A stretch of 25,769 nt of DNA, taken from Oscillospiraceae bacterium (GTDB lineage: Bacteria > Bacillota > Clostridia > Oscillospirales > Ruminococcaceae). The stretch lies in NCBI GenBank assembly GCA_051882075.1, contig JBJERC010000074.1:4629-30397 (forward strand). The letters run 5' to 3'. Shown piece after piece: positions 24,640-25,769 of the stretch (position 1 is its first letter; each line of letters begins with the position of its first letter). The translations under genes and the position numbers were made by a program. The notes under the pieces were generated by a model, which was not told the DNA's origin, made no database searches, and was given only the letters and a program-made list of their open reading frames with translations.

Positions 24640-24689
24640 CGGCTGTTTTTGTGCGTTGTTTCGTCGCAAATTAACAGCCGTTGTTTTTT
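24640..24689 (+). terminator. Terminator-like hairpin closing the non-coding region downstream of the tRNA
   Basis: Stem cggctgtt / aacagccg (24640-24647 / 24673-24680) with a 25-nt loop, followed by ttgtttttt. Confidence 0.5.
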
Positions 24690-24781
24690 GAAACGAAAAA
24701 TGAGATAATGAGAGAAACGGAGAAAAAACGAGAGAAATTGAGCGTATGAGGGTTATATTTTGAAATTTACGGATTTTCGGC

Positions 24782-24809
24782 TTGACATTCGCAAAATCTG
24801 TGGTATAAT
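24782..24809 (+). promoter_or_regulatory. Sigma-A type promoter for rplM-rpsI
   Basis: ttgaca (24782-24787), 16-nt spacer, extended -10 TGgTATAAT (24801-24809). Confidence 0.6.
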
Positions 24810-24815
24810 AATAAA

Positions 24816-24919
24816 TGTTGTTTCGAAAAAGAAAAGTAATTGGCTTTGCTGTCCGTTCGGGACGCAAAAGCCGGGGCGCTTTTTAACCCGGGCGCCAAAA
24901 GAAAAAGGAGGAAAATCTT
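24816..24919 (+). promoter_or_regulatory. Structured rplM 5' leader (possible ribosomal-protein autoregulatory leader)
   Basis: Long hairpin ggctttgc-t-gtcc / ggac-gcaaaagcc (24842-24872). It overlaps by 2 nt an alternative helix, ccggg/cccgg (24871-24875 / 24887-91) or ggcgc/gcgcc. SD aaggagg follows. Confidence 0.35.
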
Positions 24920-25348
24920 ATGTCAACTTATATGCCTAAATCAAGCGACATCGAGCGCAAGTGGTATATTATCGACGCTGAGGGTCAGTCTCTCGGTCGT
25001 GTAGCTGCCAAGGCTGCCCACATTCTCAGAGGCAAGCACAAGCCTACATTCGCACCTCACGCTGACTGCGGCGACCACGTTATCATCATCAACTCTGACA
25101 AGGCTGTTCTCACAGGAAACAAGCTCAATCAGAAGACCTACAAGTGGCACACCGGCTGGATCGGCGGTCTCAAGGAGATCCAGTATTCAAAGCTTATGGC
25201 TGAGGAGTCAGACAGAGCTATGACCATCGCCGTTACCGGTATGCTCCCCAACAACACTCTTGGCAGAAAGGCTGCTACAAGACTCAGAGTTTACAAGGGC
25301 GCAGAGCACAACAACGCTGCACAGAAGCCCGAGAAATACGAGCTTTAA
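24920..25348 (+). CDS. rplM: 50S ribosomal protein L13
   Basis: 142 aa. WYIIDAEGQSLGRVAAKAAHILRGKHKPTFAPHADCGDHVIIIN is a classic L13 N-terminus. Confidence 0.97.
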   Translation: MSTYMPKSSDIERKWYIIDAEGQSLGRVAAKAAHILRGKHKPTFAPHADCGDHVIIINSDKAVLTGNKLNQKTYKWHTGWIGGLKEIQYSKLMAEESDRAMTIAVTGMLPNNTLGRKAATRLRVYKGAEHNNAAQKPEKYEL

Positions 25349-25367
25349 TCAGAAAGGAGCAATTTAA

Positions 25368-25769
25368 ATGTACGAATCAAAGACTCCATACTACTATGGC
25401 ACAGGCAGAAGAAAGCATTCAGTTGCAAGAGTTCGTGTTTACGAAGGCTCAGGCAAGATAACCATCAACGGCAGAGACATCGACGATTACTTCGGTCTTG
25501 AGACCTTAAAGCTTATCGTTCGTCAGCCTTTCGCTGTTACTAACACTAACGACAAGTTCGACATCGTCTGCACAGTTACAGGCGGCGGCGTTACCGGTCA
25601 GGCAGGCGCTATCCGTCACGGTCTTTCAAGAGCTCTTCTCCAGTTCGACCCCGAGCTTCGCGGCGCTCTCAAGAAGGAAGGCTTCCTCACAAGAGACCCG
25701 AGAATGAAGGAAAGAAAGAAGTACGGCTTAAAGGCTGCAAGACGCGCTCCGCAGTTCTCAAAGAGATAA
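25368..25769 (+). CDS. rpsI: 30S ribosomal protein S9
   Basis: 133 aa. [31 protein letters not shown] and the C-terminal [11 protein letters not shown] are classic S9 motifs. The stop lies at the window edge. Confidence 0.97.
   Translation: MYESKTPYYYGTGRRKHSVARVRVYEGSGKITINGRDIDDYFGLETLKLIVRQPFAVTNTNDKFDIVCTVTGGGVTGQAGAIRHGLSRALLQFDPELRGALKKEGFLTRDPRMKERKKYGLKAARRAPQFSKR

Noticed and set aside
24274-24867. 197-aa minus-strand ORF, and the 80-aa plus-strand ORF at 24432-24674
   Set aside because: The 197-aa frame runs through the tRNA gene, the tandem repeat and the rplM promoter, and its internal peptide repeats only mirror the DNA repeat. The 42-codon Cys-rich tail of the plus-strand ORF (24546-24674) lacks an SD, so I keep it only as a note within a finding.
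24247-24900. Integrated mobile element at the tRNA-Arg 3' end
   Set aside because: There is no integrase or recombinase ORF, and no downstream duplicate of the tRNA 3' segment (ggttcgaatccagtcagttgca); only a weak gttcgatt match occurs near 24548. rplM follows within 600 nt.

Overview
This 25.8 kb window looks like ordinary chromosome from a Firmicutes/Clostridia-type organism. That assignment is inferred from gene content, strong Shine-Dalgarno sites and TTGACA-17-TATAAT promoters; no taxon can be proven from the sequence alone. I support 17 complete CDSs, one partial CDS at the left edge and one tRNA. In order they are: a zinc-ribbon gene tail; a YdjI-type SPFH protein with four C-terminal zinc ribbons; a single-gene ABC exporter; a TetM/EF-G-like GTPase fused to a YacP/Rae1-like NYN nuclease domain (minus strand); gltB-gltD; a cation:proton antiporter (minus strand) behind a terminator-containing leader; a cyclophilin lipoprotein; class I birA plus a small TTG-start ORF; an ECF sigma/anti-sigma pair (minus strand); a MarR regulator with a heterodimeric ABC exporter; metG; tRNA-Arg(CCG); about 600 nt of structured non-coding DNA containing a tandem 97-nt repeat; and rplM-rpsI. 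There are no CRISPR arrays, transposases, integrases or rRNA genes. The most interesting item is the GTPase-NYN fusion, a candidate ribosome-targeted nuclease. Secondary items are the structured tandem repeat 3' of the tRNA and two leaders that carry intrinsic terminators (antiporter and gltBD). All family assignments come from motif recognition by eye, and no database search was run.
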